Shown here in pieces: positions 29,279 to 41,413 of a stretch of DNA of 64,000 nucleotides. Both the position numbers and the translations under genes were made by a program. This DNA is from a candidate division FCPU426 bacterium (GTDB lineage: Bacteria; Oederibacteriota; JAAXVQ01; JAUVAV01): positions 384,001 to 448,000 of the forward strand of contig JBFLYH010000001.1 in assembly GCA_040756875.1 (NCBI GenBank), given 5' to 3'. Position 1 is the first letter of the stretch, and each line of letters starts with the position of its first letter. The notes under the pieces were generated by a model that ran no database searches, was not told the DNA's origin, and worked only from the letters and a program-made list of their open reading frames with translations.

Positions 29279-30364
29279 ATGAAACCTACACGCGAAGCAT
29301 TGCTGGTTTTGGAGGATGGACGCGCTTTCCGGGGCCGCGCTTTCGGGGCGGAGGGGGAAATCGCGGCAGAAGTCGTTTTCAATACCGCCATGGCGGGTTA
29401 CCAGGAAGTGCTGACCGATCCTTCCTACCGCGGCCAGATCGTCTGCATGACTTATCCCCACATCGGGAACTACGGGACCAATGCCGAGGACATGGAGTCC
29501 GACCGCATCCAGGTGGCCGGGTTCGTAGTGCGGGACTTGTGCCGCTGGCCCTCCAATTTCCGCAGCCAGAAGGCGCTGGAACCCTGGCTTGCCAGCCAGG
29601 GCATTTTGGGCATCGAGGGCATCGATACCCGCGCGCTCACCCGGCACATCCGCGAAGCCGGCAGCATGAACGGCGTGCTCTCCACCCGCGGCGAGTCCGT
29701 GGCAAGCCTGAAGCAAAAAGCTCAGGCCGCGCCGCACATGGCCGGCCTGGACCTGGTTTCCGGCGTCACCTGCAGCGAACCCTATTGGTTTAACAACGAA
29801 GCCGGAACCCGCTTTCGGGTGACGGTCATGGATTGCGGCGCCAAGGCGAACATCTGCCGCGAACTGGCCCGGCGCGGGTGCGCGGTGCGGGTGGTGCCTT
29901 CGACCGCCTCGGCCGCGGAAGTGCTCGCGGACCGGCCGGACGGCATCATGCTCTCCAACGGCCCGGGCGATCCGGCGGCCCTGCCCGGCGTGGTGGCGAC
30001 CGTGCGCGAATTGATCGGCAAGCTGCCGGTCTTCGGCATCTGCCTGGGGCACCAGCTCCTGGGGCTGGCGTTCGGCGGCCGGACCACCAAGCTCAAGTTC
30101 GGCCACCGCGGGGTCAACCATCCGGTGAAGGAATTGGCCACGGGTAAAATCAGCATCACCTCCCAAAACCACGGCTTCTGCGTGGTGGCGGACAGCCTGC
30201 CGGCCGAGGTGGAAGTGACGCATGTCAATATGAACGACCAAACCGTGGAAGGCCTGCAGCATAAAACCCTGCCCGTGTTCTGCGTGCAGTACCACCCCGA
30301 GGCCGCGCCCGGACCGCACGACGCGCACGACCTGTTTGATAAGTTTATTGGATTGTTGAAGTAG
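29279..30364 (+). CDS. carA: Carbamoyl-phosphate synthase small subunit
   Basis: [49 protein letters not shown]. Confidence 0.98.
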   Translation: MKPTREALLVLEDGRAFRGRAFGAEGEIAAEVVFNTAMAGYQEVLTDPSYRGQIVCMTYPHIGNYGTNAEDMESDRIQVAGFVVRDLCRWPSNFRSQKALEPWLASQGILGIEGIDTRALTRHIREAGSMNGVLSTRGESVASLKQKAQAAPHMAGLDLVSGVTCSEPYWFNNEAGTRFRVTVMDCGAKANICRELARRGCAVRVVPSTASAAEVLADRPDGIMLSNGPGDPAALPGVVATVRELIGKLPVFGICLGHQLLGLAFGGRTTKLKFGHRGVNHPVKELATGKISITSQNHGFCVVADSLPAEVEVTHVNMNDQTVEGLQHKTLPVFCVQYHPEAAPGPHDAHDLFDKFIGLLK

Positions 30365-30368
30365 ACTC

Positions 30369-30407
30369 GTCAGACCTGTCCGACTGGTCTGACAAGTCCG
30401 ACCTGTC
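30369..30407. repeat. 9-bp-period intergenic repeat (GTCnGACnn x4)
   Basis: GTCAGACCT GTCCGACTG GTCTGACAA GTCCGACCT GTC, just after the carA stop. Confidence 0.8.
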
Positions 30408-30423
30408 AAAAGAAAGGCTTTTA

Positions 30424-33400
30424 ATGCCCAAGCGTACGGACATCAAGAAAATCCTGATCATCGGCTCCGGCCCGATCGTCATCGGGCAGGCGTGCGAGTT
30501 CGACTACTCCGGCACCCAGGCCTGCAAGGCGCTCAAGGCCGAAGGGTACCAGATCGTGCTCATCAACTCCAACCCCGCCACCATCATGACCGATCCGGAG
30601 ATGGCGGACCGCACCTACGTCGAACCCATCAACCCCGACGTGCTGGAACGCATCATCGCCCGGGAGCGGCCGGACGCGGTGCTGCCCACGCTGGGCGGCC
30701 AGACCGGGCTTAACACCGCGGTCGAGGCCTACAACCGCGGCGTGTTCCAAAAATACGACGTGCAGATGATCGGCCTGAACGTCGAGGCCATCCACCGCGG
30801 CGAGGACCGCGAAAAGTTCAAGCAGGTGATCCTGGGCCTGGGCCTGGACCTGCCCCGCAGCGGACTGGCGCGCAGCCTGGACGAGGCGCTGGCCGTGGCC
30901 CGCTCCATCGGCTACCCGGTGATCGTGCGGCCGGCGTTCACGCTCGGCGGCACGGGCGGGGGCGTGGCCGCGACCGAGGAGGAGTTCCGCCGGATCGCGG
31001 ACCTGGGCCTGCACAACAGCCTGATCCACGAGATCCTGATCGAGGAATCGGTGGTGGGCTGGAAGGAATTCGAGCTTGAGGTCATGCGCGACCGTAAGGA
31101 CAACGTGGTCATCATCTGTTCCATCGAAAACCTCGACCCCATGGGCGTGCACACCGGCGACAGCGTCACCGTGGCGCCGATCCAGACGCTCACGGACCCG
31201 GAATACCAGCGCATGCGCAACGCGGCCATCGCCATCATCCGCGCCATCGGCGTGGAGACCGGCGGGTCCAACATCCAGTTCGCCGTGAACCCCAAGGACG
31301 GCCGCCTGGTCGTGATTGAAATGAACCCCCGCGTGTCCCGCTCCTCGGCCCTGGCCAGCAAAGCCACGGGGTTCCCGATCGCCAAGATCGCGGCCCTGCT
31401 CGCTGTGGGCTACACCCTGGACGAAATCCCCAACGACATCACCAAAAAGACCATGGCCTGCTTCGAGCCCACCATCGATTACTGCGTGGTCAAGATCCCG
31501 CGCTTTGCCTTCGAAAAGTTCCCGGGCGCAGACCCCAAGCTGGGCGTGTCCATGAAATCCGTGGGCGAGACCATGGCCATCGGCCGCACCTTCCGCGAAG
31601 CCCTGCAAAAAGGCCTGCGCAGCCTGGAAATCAGCCGCGCGGGCTACGAGGACTACCCCAAAATCGGCACCAACCTCTCGCGCGAAACCCTGCGCGAACG
31701 CCTGGTTTCGCCGCACGCGGAGCGCCTGTTTACCCTGCGCGAGGCGTTCAAGCAGGGCATGGAAATTCCCGAGCTGTACGCCCTGACCGGCATTGATCCC
31801 TGGTTCCTGGAGCATTTGCGCGAGATCGTGGCCCTGGACCTGGCCGAAGCCGGGGCCGGGCACACCCTGGAGGCGCTCGACGCGTCCTGGTTCCGCCGGA
31901 TCAAGCAGGAGGGCTTCAGCGACGCCCAGATCGCCCGCTGGTGCGGAAGCACCGAGCTGGAGGTGCGCCGGCGGCGCAAGGCCCTGGGCGTGATCCCGGT
32001 GTACAAGCGGGTGGACACCTGCGCGGCCGAGTTCGAGTCCTACACGCCGTACTGCTATTCAACGTACGAAGAAGAGAACGAAATGGGGCAGCCGTCGGCC
32101 AAGCCCAAGATCGTGATCCTGGGCAGCGGGCCGAACCGCATCGGCCAGGGCATCGAATTCGACTACTGCTGCTGCCACGCCTCGTTTTCGCTCCGCGACC
32201 TCGGGTTCGAGACCATCATGGTCAATTCCAACCCTGAGACCGTGTCCACGGACTACGATACCTCGGACAAGCTCTACTTCGAGCCGCTTACACTCGAGGA
32301 CATCCTGAACATCCTGGACCTGGAGCAGCCGCTGGGCGTGATCGTCCAGTTCGGCGGGCAGACGCCGCTGAACCTCGCGCGCCGGCTCGCGGACGCGGGC
32401 GCGCCCATTCTCGGCACGCCGGTGGCCGCCATCGAACGCGCCGAGGACCGCGACCTGTTCGCCCAGCTGCTGCGGGAACTGCGCCTCAACCAGCCCGACA
32501 ACGCCATCGCCCGCTCGGCGGGCGAGGTGCGCGACAAGGCCGCGGCCATCGGCTACCCGGTGCTGGTGCGCCCCTCGTTCGTGCTGGGCGGCCGGGCCAT
32601 GCGCATCGTCTACGACGCCGAATCCCTGATGGAGTTCGTGCAGGAGGCGTTCGACGCCGCGCAGGGCCAGCCGGTCCTGATCGACAAATTCCTCGAGGAC
32701 GCCATCGAGGTGGACGTGGACGCGGTCTGCGACGGCCGCCGGACCGTGGTCGCGGGCATTATGGAGCACATCGAGGAAGCGGGCATCCATTCCGGCGATT
32801 CGGCCTGCGTGCTGCCGCCGCACACCCTGTCCGAAAACCAGATCGCCCGCATCAAGGCGGACACGGACCGCATCGCCCTGGCCTTGGGCGTGCGCGGGCT
32901 CCTGAACATCCAGTTCGCCATCCGCCACGGCCAGCTGTTCGTGCTGGAAGTCAATCCCCGCGCCTCGCGCACCGTGCCCTTCGTCTCCAAGGCCACGGGC
33001 AAACCCTGGGCCAAGATCGCCTCGGCGATCATGGCCGGAAAGACCCTCGACGACCTGGGCGTGCAGGAGCCGGCCCTGGGCGCCTACTTTGCGGTCAAGG
33101 AATCCGTGCTGCCTTTCTCGCGCTTTTCGGGCGTGGACATCCACTTGGGCCCGGAAATGAAATCCACGGGCGAGGTCATGGGCCTGGACGCCTCCTTCGG
33201 CATGGCGTTCGCCAAGTCCCAGGCCGCAGCCGGCCAGACCCTGCCCACCTCGGGCCGGGTGTTCCTGACCGTGCGCGACGACGACAAGCGCAGCGTGGTC
33301 TTTCTCGCCAAGAAGCTGGTGGACCTGGGGTTCTCCCTGGTCTCCACGCCCGGGACGTACAAGGCGCTGCGCAGCAACAACATCGCCGCCGAGCGCATGG

Positions 33401-33681
33401 ACAAGATCGGGCAGGGAGCGCGCAGCGTGCTGGACGAGATCCGCGAAGGGAAGATCCAATTGATCATCAACACGCCTTTCGGGCCCGTGGGCCGCGACCA
33501 CGTGAAACCCATCGGCACCGCGGCCGTGGCCAGGGGCATTCCCTGCATCACCACCCTGCAGGGCGCCGAAGCGGCGGTCAACGGCATCGAAACGCTGAAA
33601 GCCATGACGCTCACGGTCACGCCGCTGCAAGAGTGGCATGCAGAGGCGCGCGCCGCCTCTGCGGAGCAGCAGAGCAGGTGA
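30424..33681 (+). CDS. carB: Carbamoyl-phosphate synthase large subunit
   Basis: [48 protein letters not shown], a second ATP-grasp domain and a C-terminal MGS domain. Confidence 0.99.
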   Translation: MPKRTDIKKILIIGSGPIVIGQACEFDYSGTQACKALKAEGYQIVLINSNPATIMTDPEMADRTYVEPINPDVLERIIARERPDAVLPTLGGQTGLNTAVEAYNRGVFQKYDVQMIGLNVEAIHRGEDREKFKQVILGLGLDLPRSGLARSLDEALAVARSIGYPVIVRPAFTLGGTGGGVAATEEEFRRIADLGLHNSLIHEILIEESVVGWKEFELEVMRDRKDNVVIICSIENLDPMGVHTGDSVTVAPIQTLTDPEYQRMRNAAIAIIRAIGVETGGSNIQFAVNPKDGRLVVIEMNPRVSRSSALASKATGFPIAKIAALLAVGYTLDEIPNDITKKTMACFEPTIDYCVVKIPRFAFEKFPGADPKLGVSMKSVGETMAIGRTFREALQKGLRSLEISRAGYEDYPKIGTNLSRETLRERLVSPHAERLFTLREAFKQGMEIPELYALTGIDPWFLEHLREIVALDLAEAGAGHTLEALDASWFRRIKQEGFSDAQIARWCGSTELEVRRRRKALGVIPVYKRVDTCAAEFESYTPYCYSTYEEENEMGQPSAKPKIVILGSGPNRIGQGIEFDYCCCHASFSLRDLGFETIMVNSNPETVSTDYDTSDKLYFEPLTLEDILNILDLEQPLGVIVQFGGQTPLNLARRLADAGAPILGTPVAAIERAEDRDLFAQLLRELRLNQPDNAIARSAGEVRDKAAAIGYPVLVRPSFVLGGRAMRIVYDAESLMEFVQEAFDAAQGQPVLIDKFLEDAIEVDVDAVCDGRRTVVAGIMEHIEEAGIHSGDSACVLPPHTLSENQIARIKADTDRIALALGVRGLLNIQFAIRHGQLFVLEVNPRASRTVPFVSKATGKPWAKIASAIMAGKTLDDLGVQEPALGAYFAVKESVLPFSRFSGVDIHLGPEMKSTGEVMGLDASFGMAFAKSQAAAGQTLPTSGRVFLTVRDDDKRSVVFLAKKLVDLGFSLVSTPGTYKALRSNNIAAERMDKIGQGARSVLDEIREGKIQLIINTPFGPVGRDHVKPIGTAAVARGIPCITTLQGAEAAVNGIETLKAMTLTVTPLQEWHAEARAASAEQQSR

Positions 33682-33782
33682 GCAGGCAGACCTTAAAATA
33701 ACCGGAAATTTTGCGCAGGACAGGGACGCATGGGGGGGCCAGGCAACCCTGGTCTTATGGGAAAGCAGAGGCATTTATAATA

Positions 33783-36700
33783 ATGAAGAAAAAGCTCTCG
33801 GATTTTACGGATTTCAAGGGTTTAAATGCCGCGGGGTTCGCGCCGAAACAGGGGCTGTATGACCCTCAATACGAACGCGACAGCTGCGGCATCGGCCTGA
33901 TTGCGCACCTGGACAACCAGCCGCGCCACGAACTGGTCGAGAACGCGGTCAAAATCCTCGTGAACCTCGAACACCGCGGGGCCGTGGGCGGAGACAAAGC
34001 CACGGGAGACGGCGCGGGACTGCTGCTGCAGATGCCGGACGCCTTTTTCCGCCAGGAGTCGGCGAAACTCAAAATCAATCTGCCGCCGGCCGGCCGGTAC
34101 GGAGTGGCCATGTGCTTTCTGCCCACGGAGCCGGCCTTGAACCGCCGCTGCCGCGAAGCCCTGGAGCGGACCGCACAGGACGAGGGCCTGGCCGTGCTGG
34201 GCTGGCGTTCGGTGCCCGTGGCCGCGGACCATCTGGGCGAATTTTCCCGCGCCACCCGGCCGGACATCGCCCAACTCTTTGTGGCCTGGAACGGCGGCGC
34301 CAAAGACGCCCAGCCCGACGCCCTGGAACGCAAGCTCTACATCGTCCGCCGGCTGGCGGAGAAGGAAGTGGCCGGCTGGTCGGACGCCGATTTTTCGCAG
34401 TTCTACCTGCCCAGCTTTTCCTGCCGCACCATCGTCTACAAGGGCATGCTGACCGGCACGCAACTCCTTACCTTCTATCTGGATCTGCATGAACCCGTCT
34501 TCCAGGCTGCCTTTGCGCTGGTGCACCAGCGCTACAGCACTAACACCCTGCCGACCTGGAGCCTGGCCCAGCCGTTCCGCTACCTGGCGCACAACGGCGA
34601 GATCAACACCCTGCGCGGCAACGTCAACCGCATGCGCGCCCGCGAAGCGCAGATGGTTTCGGAGCTGTTCGGCGCGGACCTTGACAAGCTCAAGCCCGTG
34701 ATCGTGGAAGGCGGCTCGGACTCGGCCATGCTGGACAACGCCCTGGAACTGGTGGTGGCCGGGGGCCGCTCGCTGCCGCACGCGCTCATGATGATGATCC
34801 CCGAGGCCTGGGGCGCCAAGTACCACATGAGCGAGGACAAGCGCGCCTTTTACGAGTTCCACTCCGCGTTCATGGAGCCCTGGGACGGCCCGGCCGCGGT
34901 GGTGGTCACCGACGGACGCTACATCGGCGGCGTACTCGACCGCAACGGCCTGCGCCCCTGCCGCTACTCCGTGACCAAGGACGGCCTGATCGTAATGGCC
35001 TCGGAGACCGGGGTGCTCGAGTTCCCGCCGGACCAGATCCGCCAGAAAGGGCGCCTGCAGCCCGGAAAAATGTTCCTGGTGGACCTGGCCGAGCACCGCA
35101 TCGTGCCGGACCCTGAAATCAAGGCCCGGATTGCGCGCCAGCAGCCGTACCGCAAATGGGTGAAAGAGAACCGCCTCCAGCTGCGCGGGCTCTTCGAGCC
35201 GGCCGAAAATCCGGCGCTCGATCCGGACCGGCTGTTGCGCTACCAGCACGCCTTCGGTTACAACGAAGAGGAACTGAAGATGGTCCTCGCGCCCATGGCC
35301 GGCAACAGCCAGGAAGCCGTGGGCTCCATGGGCAACGACGCGGCCCTGGCCGTGCTCTCCAGCCGGCCGCAGCTCCTGTTCCATTATTTCAAACAGCTCT
35401 TCGCCCAGGTGACCAATCCGCCGATCGACCCCCTGCGCGAGGAACTGGTCATGTCGCTCATGAGTTTCGTGGGCCGGCAGCAGAACCTCCTGGCCGAAAC
35501 GCCCCAGCACTGCCGCCAGTTGAAACTGCACCAGCCCGTGCTCACGCCCGAGGACTTGGAACGGATCCGCCGCAATCCGCGCTCCGAACTCAAGACCGTG
35601 GATTTGGACATCCTGTTTTCGCCCGGCGGGGGCGGGAAGGGGTTGGAACGGGCGCTGGACGAGTTGTTTGCGCGGGCCGAAGCCGCGATCGCGGACGGCG
35701 CCTCGCTGCTGGTCCTGACCGACCGCAACCTGGACGCCCAGCGCGCGCCGATCCCGTCGCTGCTCGCGGTTTCGGGCCTGCACCATCACCTCATCCGGCG
35801 CGGCCTGCGCACCCTGGCCGGCATCCTGGTGGAGACCGGCGAGGCCCGCGAAGTGATCCATTTCGCGCTGCTTTCGGCCTTCGGCGCCAACGCGGTCTGC
35901 CCGTACGCGGCGTTCGCCACGGTGCACGACCTGGCGGAGCGCAGGCTGCTGGACCGCAGCCTCACGCCCGAGGAGGCGATGGACGCCTACGTTACCGCGG
36001 TGAAGAAGGGCCTGCTCAAGACCTTCAGCCGCATGGGCATTTCCACCATCCGCAGCTTTTTCGGCTCGCAGATTTTCGAGGCGGTCGGGCTCTCTTCGCA
36101 GCTGGTCGAACGCTATTTCACCAACACCGCCTCGCGCGTGGAGGGCATCGGCCTGGAGGAAATCGCGGCCGAGACCGCGGCGCGCCACGCGGCCGCTTTC
36201 CCGCCGGCCGGAGCCCCGTCGTCCGTGCTGGACGTGGGCGGCCAGTACCACCTGCGCGAGGGCGGGGAAAAGCACCTGTGGACGCCCGAGTCCATCTGCC
36301 AGTTCCAGACGGCCGTGCGCAACGACGATTACCAGGCGTTCAAAGCCTACAGCCGGCTGATCGACGACCAGTCGCGCGAGCGGGCCACCCTGCGCAGCCT
36401 GATCGGCTTGAAGCCCGGGCAACCGGTGCCGCTGGCCGAGGTCGAACCCGTGGAGGCCATCACCCGGCGCTTCGTGACCGCGGCCATGTCGTTCGGCTCC
36501 ATTTCCAAGGAAGCGCACGAGGACATCGCCGTGGCCTTGAACCGCGTGGGCGGCCGCAGCAATTCCGGCGAGGGCGGGGAGGACCCGGCGCGCTTCAAAC
36601 CCCTGCCCAACGGCGATTCCAAGCGTTCGGCCACCAAACAGGTGGCCTCGGGCCGGTTCGGCGTCACCACGCAGTACCTGGTCAACGCCGACGAACTGCA

Positions 36701-38390
36701 GATCAAGATGGCCCAGGGCGCCAAGCCGGGCGAAGGCGGGCAGCTGCCCGGCCACAAAGTGTCCGAGGAGATCGCCCGCGTGCGCCATACGACGCCGGGC
36801 GTCACCCTGATTTCGCCGCCGCCGCACCACGACATTTATTCCATCGAGGACCTGGCCCAGCTGATCTACGACCTCAAGATCGTGAATCCCGAAGCCCGGG
36901 TTTCGGTCAAACTGGTGTCCGAAGTCGGCGTGGGCACGATCGCAGCCGGCGTGGCCAAGGCCAAGGCCGACATGGTCCTGATTTCGGGCTACGACGGCGG
37001 CACCGGCGCCTCGCCCCTCACGGCCATCAAGCACACCGGATTGCCGTGGGAGCTGGGCCTGTCGGAAACCCAGCAGGCCCTGGTGGGGAACCAGTTGCGC
37101 GACCGCATCCGCGTGCAGGTGGACGGCCAGCTCAAGACCGGCCGCGACCTGGCCATCGCCGCGCTCATGGGCGCCGAGGAGTTTGGTTTCGGCACGACGG
37201 CTTTAGTGGCCGTCGGCTGCATCATGATGCGCAAATGCCACCTGAACAACTGCCCGGTGGGCGTGGCCACCCAGGATCCGGTGCTGCGCGCGCGCTACGC
37301 CGGCAAGCCGGAATACGTGGTCCGCTTCCTGCGTTTTATCGCCCAGGAGCTGCGCGAATACATGGCCCAGCTGGGTTTCCGCACGCTGGAGGAAATGATC
37401 GGGCGTTCGGACTTGCTGGAATTCAAGCCCGCGGTCGACCACTACAAGGCCAAAGGCCTGGATTATACGTCCCTGCTCGCCCCGGCCAAGGGTGAAAACC
37501 GCCGCTGCACCCGGACCCAGGACCATGCCCTGGACCGCGCCTTTGACCGCGAACTGATCAAACATGCCCAGCCGGCTTTGGAACGGCGCGAAAAGGTCGA
37601 GGTCTCCCTGCCCATCCGCAACGTACACCGCACGGCCGGCGCCATGCTTTCCGGCGAAATCGTGAAGCGCCACGGCGTCCAGGGCCTGCCGGAAGGCACG
37701 CTCCGCTTCCGTTTCACGGGTTCGGCCGGGCAAAGCTTCGGGGCCTTTCTGGCTCCGGGCGTGGAATTCCTGGTCGAAGGCGACGCCAACGATTACCTGG
37801 GCAAGGGCATGTCCGGCGGACGGATCGTGATCAAACCCCGGGCGGGCTCGGCCTTCGTGCCCGAGGAAAACATCATCGCAGGCAACGTGATCCTCTACGG
37901 CGCCACGGGCGGGGAAGTCTTTCTCCGCGGCCTGGCCGGCGAACGGTTCTGCGTGCGCAATTCCGGGGCCGTGGCCGTGGTCGAGGGCGTGGGCGATCAT
38001 GGCTGCGAATACATGACCGGCGGCTGCGTGGTGGTCATCGGCCCCACGGGCGTGAATTTCGCGGCCGGCATGAGCGGCGGCGTGGCCTACGTGTACGACG
38101 AATCCGAACTGTTCGACACGCGCTGCAACCTGGACATGGTGGACCTGGAGAGCGTGAAAAGCGCCAAGGACCAGCAGCGCCTGCGCGCCCTGCTGGAAGC
38201 GCATGTGCGCCACACGGACAGCGCCCGGGCCAAGGCGATCCTGGACAACTGGGAAACCCGCCTGCCGCTGTTCGTCAAGGTCATGCCCATTGATTACAAG
38301 CGCGTGCTGGAGCGCATGGGGCAGCGGGAGTTCGCGGACACGGAGACCGTTTCCGCCACGGAGGAAGTGTACGCGGAAGTGAAAAAATAA
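33783..38390 (+). CDS. gltB: Glutamate synthase large subunit
   Basis: GLYDP..ERDSCGIG (Ntn cysteine after the propeptide), HQRYSTNT, AHNGEINT, QGAKPGEGGQLPG, CIMMRKCHLNNCPVG. ATG 33783 is preferred to the track's TTG start at 33711. Confidence 0.98.
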   Translation: MKKKLSDFTDFKGLNAAGFAPKQGLYDPQYERDSCGIGLIAHLDNQPRHELVENAVKILVNLEHRGAVGGDKATGDGAGLLLQMPDAFFRQESAKLKINLPPAGRYGVAMCFLPTEPALNRRCREALERTAQDEGLAVLGWRSVPVAADHLGEFSRATRPDIAQLFVAWNGGAKDAQPDALERKLYIVRRLAEKEVAGWSDADFSQFYLPSFSCRTIVYKGMLTGTQLLTFYLDLHEPVFQAAFALVHQRYSTNTLPTWSLAQPFRYLAHNGEINTLRGNVNRMRAREAQMVSELFGADLDKLKPVIVEGGSDSAMLDNALELVVAGGRSLPHALMMMIPEAWGAKYHMSEDKRAFYEFHSAFMEPWDGPAAVVVTDGRYIGGVLDRNGLRPCRYSVTKDGLIVMASETGVLEFPPDQIRQKGRLQPGKMFLVDLAEHRIVPDPEIKARIARQQPYRKWVKENRLQLRGLFEPAENPALDPDRLLRYQHAFGYNEEELKMVLAPMAGNSQEAVGSMGNDAALAVLSSRPQLLFHYFKQLFAQVTNPPIDPLREELVMSLMSFVGRQQNLLAETPQHCRQLKLHQPVLTPEDLERIRRNPRSELKTVDLDILFSPGGGGKGLERALDELFARAEAAIADGASLLVLTDRNLDAQRAPIPSLLAVSGLHHHLIRRGLRTLAGILVETGEAREVIHFALLSAFGANAVCPYAAFATVHDLAERRLLDRSLTPEEAMDAYVTAVKKGLLKTFSRMGISTIRSFFGSQIFEAVGLSSQLVERYFTNTASRVEGIGLEEIAAETAARHAAAFPPAGAPSSVLDVGGQYHLREGGEKHLWTPESICQFQTAVRNDDYQAFKAYSRLIDDQSRERATLRSLIGLKPGQPVPLAEVEPVEAITRRFVTAAMSFGSISKEAHEDIAVALNRVGGRSNSGEGGEDPARFKPLPNGDSKRSATKQVASGRFGVTTQYLVNADELQIKMAQGAKPGEGGQLPGHKVSEEIARVRHTTPGVTLISPPPHHDIYSIEDLAQLIYDLKIVNPEARVSVKLVSEVGVGTIAAGVAKAKADMVLISGYDGGTGASPLTAIKHTGLPWELGLSETQQALVGNQLRDRIRVQVDGQLKTGRDLAIAALMGAEEFGFGTTALVAVGCIMMRKCHLNNCPVGVATQDPVLRARYAGKPEYVVRFLRFIAQELREYMAQLGFRTLEEMIGRSDLLEFKPAVDHYKAKGLDYTSLLAPAKGENRRCTRTQDHALDRAFDRELIKHAQPALERREKVEVSLPIRNVHRTAGAMLSGEIVKRHGVQGLPEGTLRFRFTGSAGQSFGAFLAPGVEFLVEGDANDYLGKGMSGGRIVIKPRAGSAFVPEENIIAGNVILYGATGGEVFLRGLAGERFCVRNSGAVAVVEGVGDHGCEYMTGGCVVVIGPTGVNFAAGMSGGVAYVYDESELFDTRCNLDMVDLESVKSAKDQQRLRALLEAHVRHTDSARAKAILDNWETRLPLFVKVMPIDYKRVLERMGQREFADTETVSATEEVYAEVKK

Positions 38391-38441
38391 TGCTGGCTTT
38401 TCGGACCCGTCCGACACGGCTGAACCATCAAACCGAATGAT

Positions 38442-38469
38442 GTAGGGGCGTTCAATTGAACGCCCCTAC
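38442..38469. repeat. GTAG-type REP palindrome
   Basis: Perfect 28-bp palindrome GTAGGGGCGTTCAATTGAACGCCCCTAC between gltB and gltD. Confidence 0.85.
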
Positions 38470-38483
38470 CGGAAGGAATCAAA

Positions 38484-39902
38484 ATGGCCAAACCAACCGG
38501 ATTTTTGGAATACGCCCGCCAGGACCCGCCCAAGCGGCCGGTGGACGAGCGCGTTCATGACTACCGCGAAGTCGAACAGACGCTCAGCCCCGCGGACCTG
38601 GAACGGCAGGCCGCGCGCTGCATGGACTGCGGCGTGCCCAGCTGCCACGCCTTCGGATGCCCGGTGAAGAACCTGATCCCGGACTGGAACGACATGATCT
38701 ACCGCGGGCATTGGCGGCGCGCGCTCGAGCTTTTGCACCACACCAACAATTTGCCTGAAGTCACGGGACGCATCTGTCCCGCGCCCTGCGAGGCGGCCTG
38801 CACCCTGTCCATCAACCAGAAGCCGGTCACCATCCGCCACATCGAGCTCCAGATCGTGGAACGCGGCTGGCGCGAGGGCTGGATCAAGCCCCTGCATCCT
38901 GCCCGCAAAACCGGCAAGAAAGTGGCGGTCATCGGTTCGGGCCCGGCCGGCCTGGCCGCGGCCCAGCAGCTGGCCCGGGCCGGGCACGACGTCACCCTCT
39001 TCGAAAAAACCGACCGCATCGGCGGCCTGCTCCGGTACGGAATTCCGGATTTCAAGCTGGAAAAGGGCATTTTGGACCGCCGCGTGGACCAGATGCGCTC
39101 CGAAGGCGTGTGGTTCGAAACCAAGGTCAACGCGGGCGTGGACATCACCGCAGCCGAACTCCGGGAACGGTTTCACGCAATCCTGATCGCCGCGGGCGCA
39201 GGCGTGCCCCGCGACCTGAAGGTGCCGGGCCGCGAATTGTCCGGCGTGCACTTTGCCCTGGAACTGCTCGGCCAGCAGAACCGCCTGGTGGCCGGCGACC
39301 AGATCTCTCCGGAGCAGCTGATTTCGGCCAAAGGCAAGCACGTGGTCGTGATCGGCGGCGGCGACACGGGCGCGGATTGCATCGGCACCAGCCGCCGGCA
39401 CGGCGCGGCTTCGATCACCCAGATCGAGCTGCTGTGCGCGCCGCCCTCGGAACGCGCGGCGACCAATCCCTGGCCCACCTGGCCGCAGATCATGCGCACC
39501 AGCACGTCGCATGAAGAGGGCTGCGAGCGCCTGTGGAGCGTCGGCACCAAGGAAATGGCGGGGCGCAACGGCAAGGTCACCGGCTTGAAATGCGTCAAAC
39601 TCGACTGGACGGACGCCAAGGCGTGCAAAGAAATCGACGGCTCCGAGTTCGAGCTCAAGGCCGATTTGGTGCTCCTGGCCATGGGCTTCGTGCACGTGGA
39701 GCACGGCCCGCTGGTGCAGGACCTGAAGCTGGAAACAGACCCGCGCGGCAACCTCAAGGTGAACATGGACTTCATGACCAGCACGCCCGGCGTCTTTGCG
39801 GCAGGCGACGCGGAAATGGGAGCCTCCCTGGTCGTGCGCGCGATATACCGGGGAAGGCAAGCGGCCGAAAAAATAAATCAATACTTGGCAAAACGCAGCT
39901 AG
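38484..39902 (+). CDS. gltD: Glutamate synthase small subunit
   Basis: MAKPTGFLEY, RCMDCGVPSC...CP, GRICPAPCE, GSGPAGL, GGGDTGADC; follows gltB. Confidence 0.97.
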   Translation: MAKPTGFLEYARQDPPKRPVDERVHDYREVEQTLSPADLERQAARCMDCGVPSCHAFGCPVKNLIPDWNDMIYRGHWRRALELLHHTNNLPEVTGRICPAPCEAACTLSINQKPVTIRHIELQIVERGWREGWIKPLHPARKTGKKVAVIGSGPAGLAAAQQLARAGHDVTLFEKTDRIGGLLRYGIPDFKLEKGILDRRVDQMRSEGVWFETKVNAGVDITAAELRERFHAILIAAGAGVPRDLKVPGRELSGVHFALELLGQQNRLVAGDQISPEQLISAKGKHVVVIGGGDTGADCIGTSRRHGAASITQIELLCAPPSERAATNPWPTWPQIMRTSTSHEEGCERLWSVGTKEMAGRNGKVTGLKCVKLDWTDAKACKEIDGSEFELKADLVLLAMGFVHVEHGPLVQDLKLETDPRGNLKVNMDFMTSTPGVFAAGDAEMGASLVVRAIYRGRQAAEKINQYLAKRS

Positions 39903-39942
39903 TCCCTCGGCGCCGGAGGCGCAAATATATCAAACCGGTCGG

Positions 39943-40038
39943 GGCGACGCGGAAATGGGCGCTTCGCTGGTGGTGCGAGCGATATATAGGGGAAGGCAAG
40001 CGGCTGAAAGGGTCAACCGTTACCTGGCTGCCCGGTAG
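39943..40038 (+). pseudogene. Orphan duplicate of the gltD 3' end (31 codons plus stop)
   Basis: Translates to GDAEMGASLVVRAIYRGRQAAERVNRYLAAR*, versus gltD 39804-39902 GDAEMGASLVVRAIYRGRQAAEKINQYLAKRS*. Confidence 0.88.
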
Positions 40039-40087
40039 TCTTCTCTCGTTCAGAATCGCTTGGGAATGCATGGGAGGGCGCAGTCCG

Positions 40088-40570
40088 GTGCCGATTTCCA
40101 GCCGGCAAGATGAAAATTTCATGCGCCTGGCCATTGCCAAGGCCCGCCAAGGCGTGGCCAAAGGCCAGACGCCCTTTGGAGCGGTCATCGTATACCGGGG
40201 AAAACCCGTGGCCGCGGCGCACAACCAGGTCTGGCGGCGCACGGACATCACCGCCCACGCGGAAATGACGGCCCTGCGCCAGGCTTGCCGCCGGTTAAAG
40301 ACCCTCCATCTGTCCGGGGCAACCGTTTATTCCACCTGCGAACCCTGCCCCATGTGCCTCAGCGCCTGCCATTGGGCCCGCATCGGCCGGATCGTTTACG
40401 GCGCATCCATCTCCGATGCGGCGGGATTCGGCTTCAACGAACTGCGGATTTCCAACCAAACCATGCTGCGCCTGGGAAAGTCGCGCATCCGCCTGGCGCC
40501 GGGAGTGCTGCGCGGCGACTGCTTGCAGGTGTTCGGCGAATGGAAGCGAAAACACCCGAAAGCATATTGA
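40088..40570 (+). CDS. Nucleoside/guanine deaminase (cytidine-deaminase superfamily)
   Basis: PFGAVIV, TAHAE and CEPCPMC zinc motifs. GTG 40088 follows GGAGG; the track ORF from 39533 is over-extended into gltD. Confidence 0.9.
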   Translation: MPISSRQDENFMRLAIAKARQGVAKGQTPFGAVIVYRGKPVAAAHNQVWRRTDITAHAEMTALRQACRRLKTLHLSGATVYSTCEPCPMCLSACHWARIGRIVYGASISDAAGFGFNELRISNQTMLRLGKSRIRLAPGVLRGDCLQVFGEWKRKHPKAY

Positions 40571-40684
40571 TTCCGCCGGTCGGGAACGGGAAGCGTACCT
40601 CCTCGAATTGACTGGAAAAACCGAGGGCAGTTGCGCTATAAAGGTGGCACTGCCCATACGCCGGAACGGCCCTGGAGACAACTC

Positions 40685-41409
<725 letters not shown>

Positions 41410-41413
<4 letters not shown>

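Noticed and set aside
35156-37495. 779-aa same-strand alternate-frame ORF inside gltB
   Set aside because: Low-complexity Arg/Pro/Gly product typical of off-frame GC-rich DNA.
39804-40038. DGR template/variable repeat pair
   Set aside because: Differences are mostly synonymous and not adenine-specific, and there is no reverse transcriptase in the window.
39533-40087. N-terminal extension of the deaminase ORF
   Set aside because: It overlaps gltD in another frame; deaminase similarity begins near 40088.
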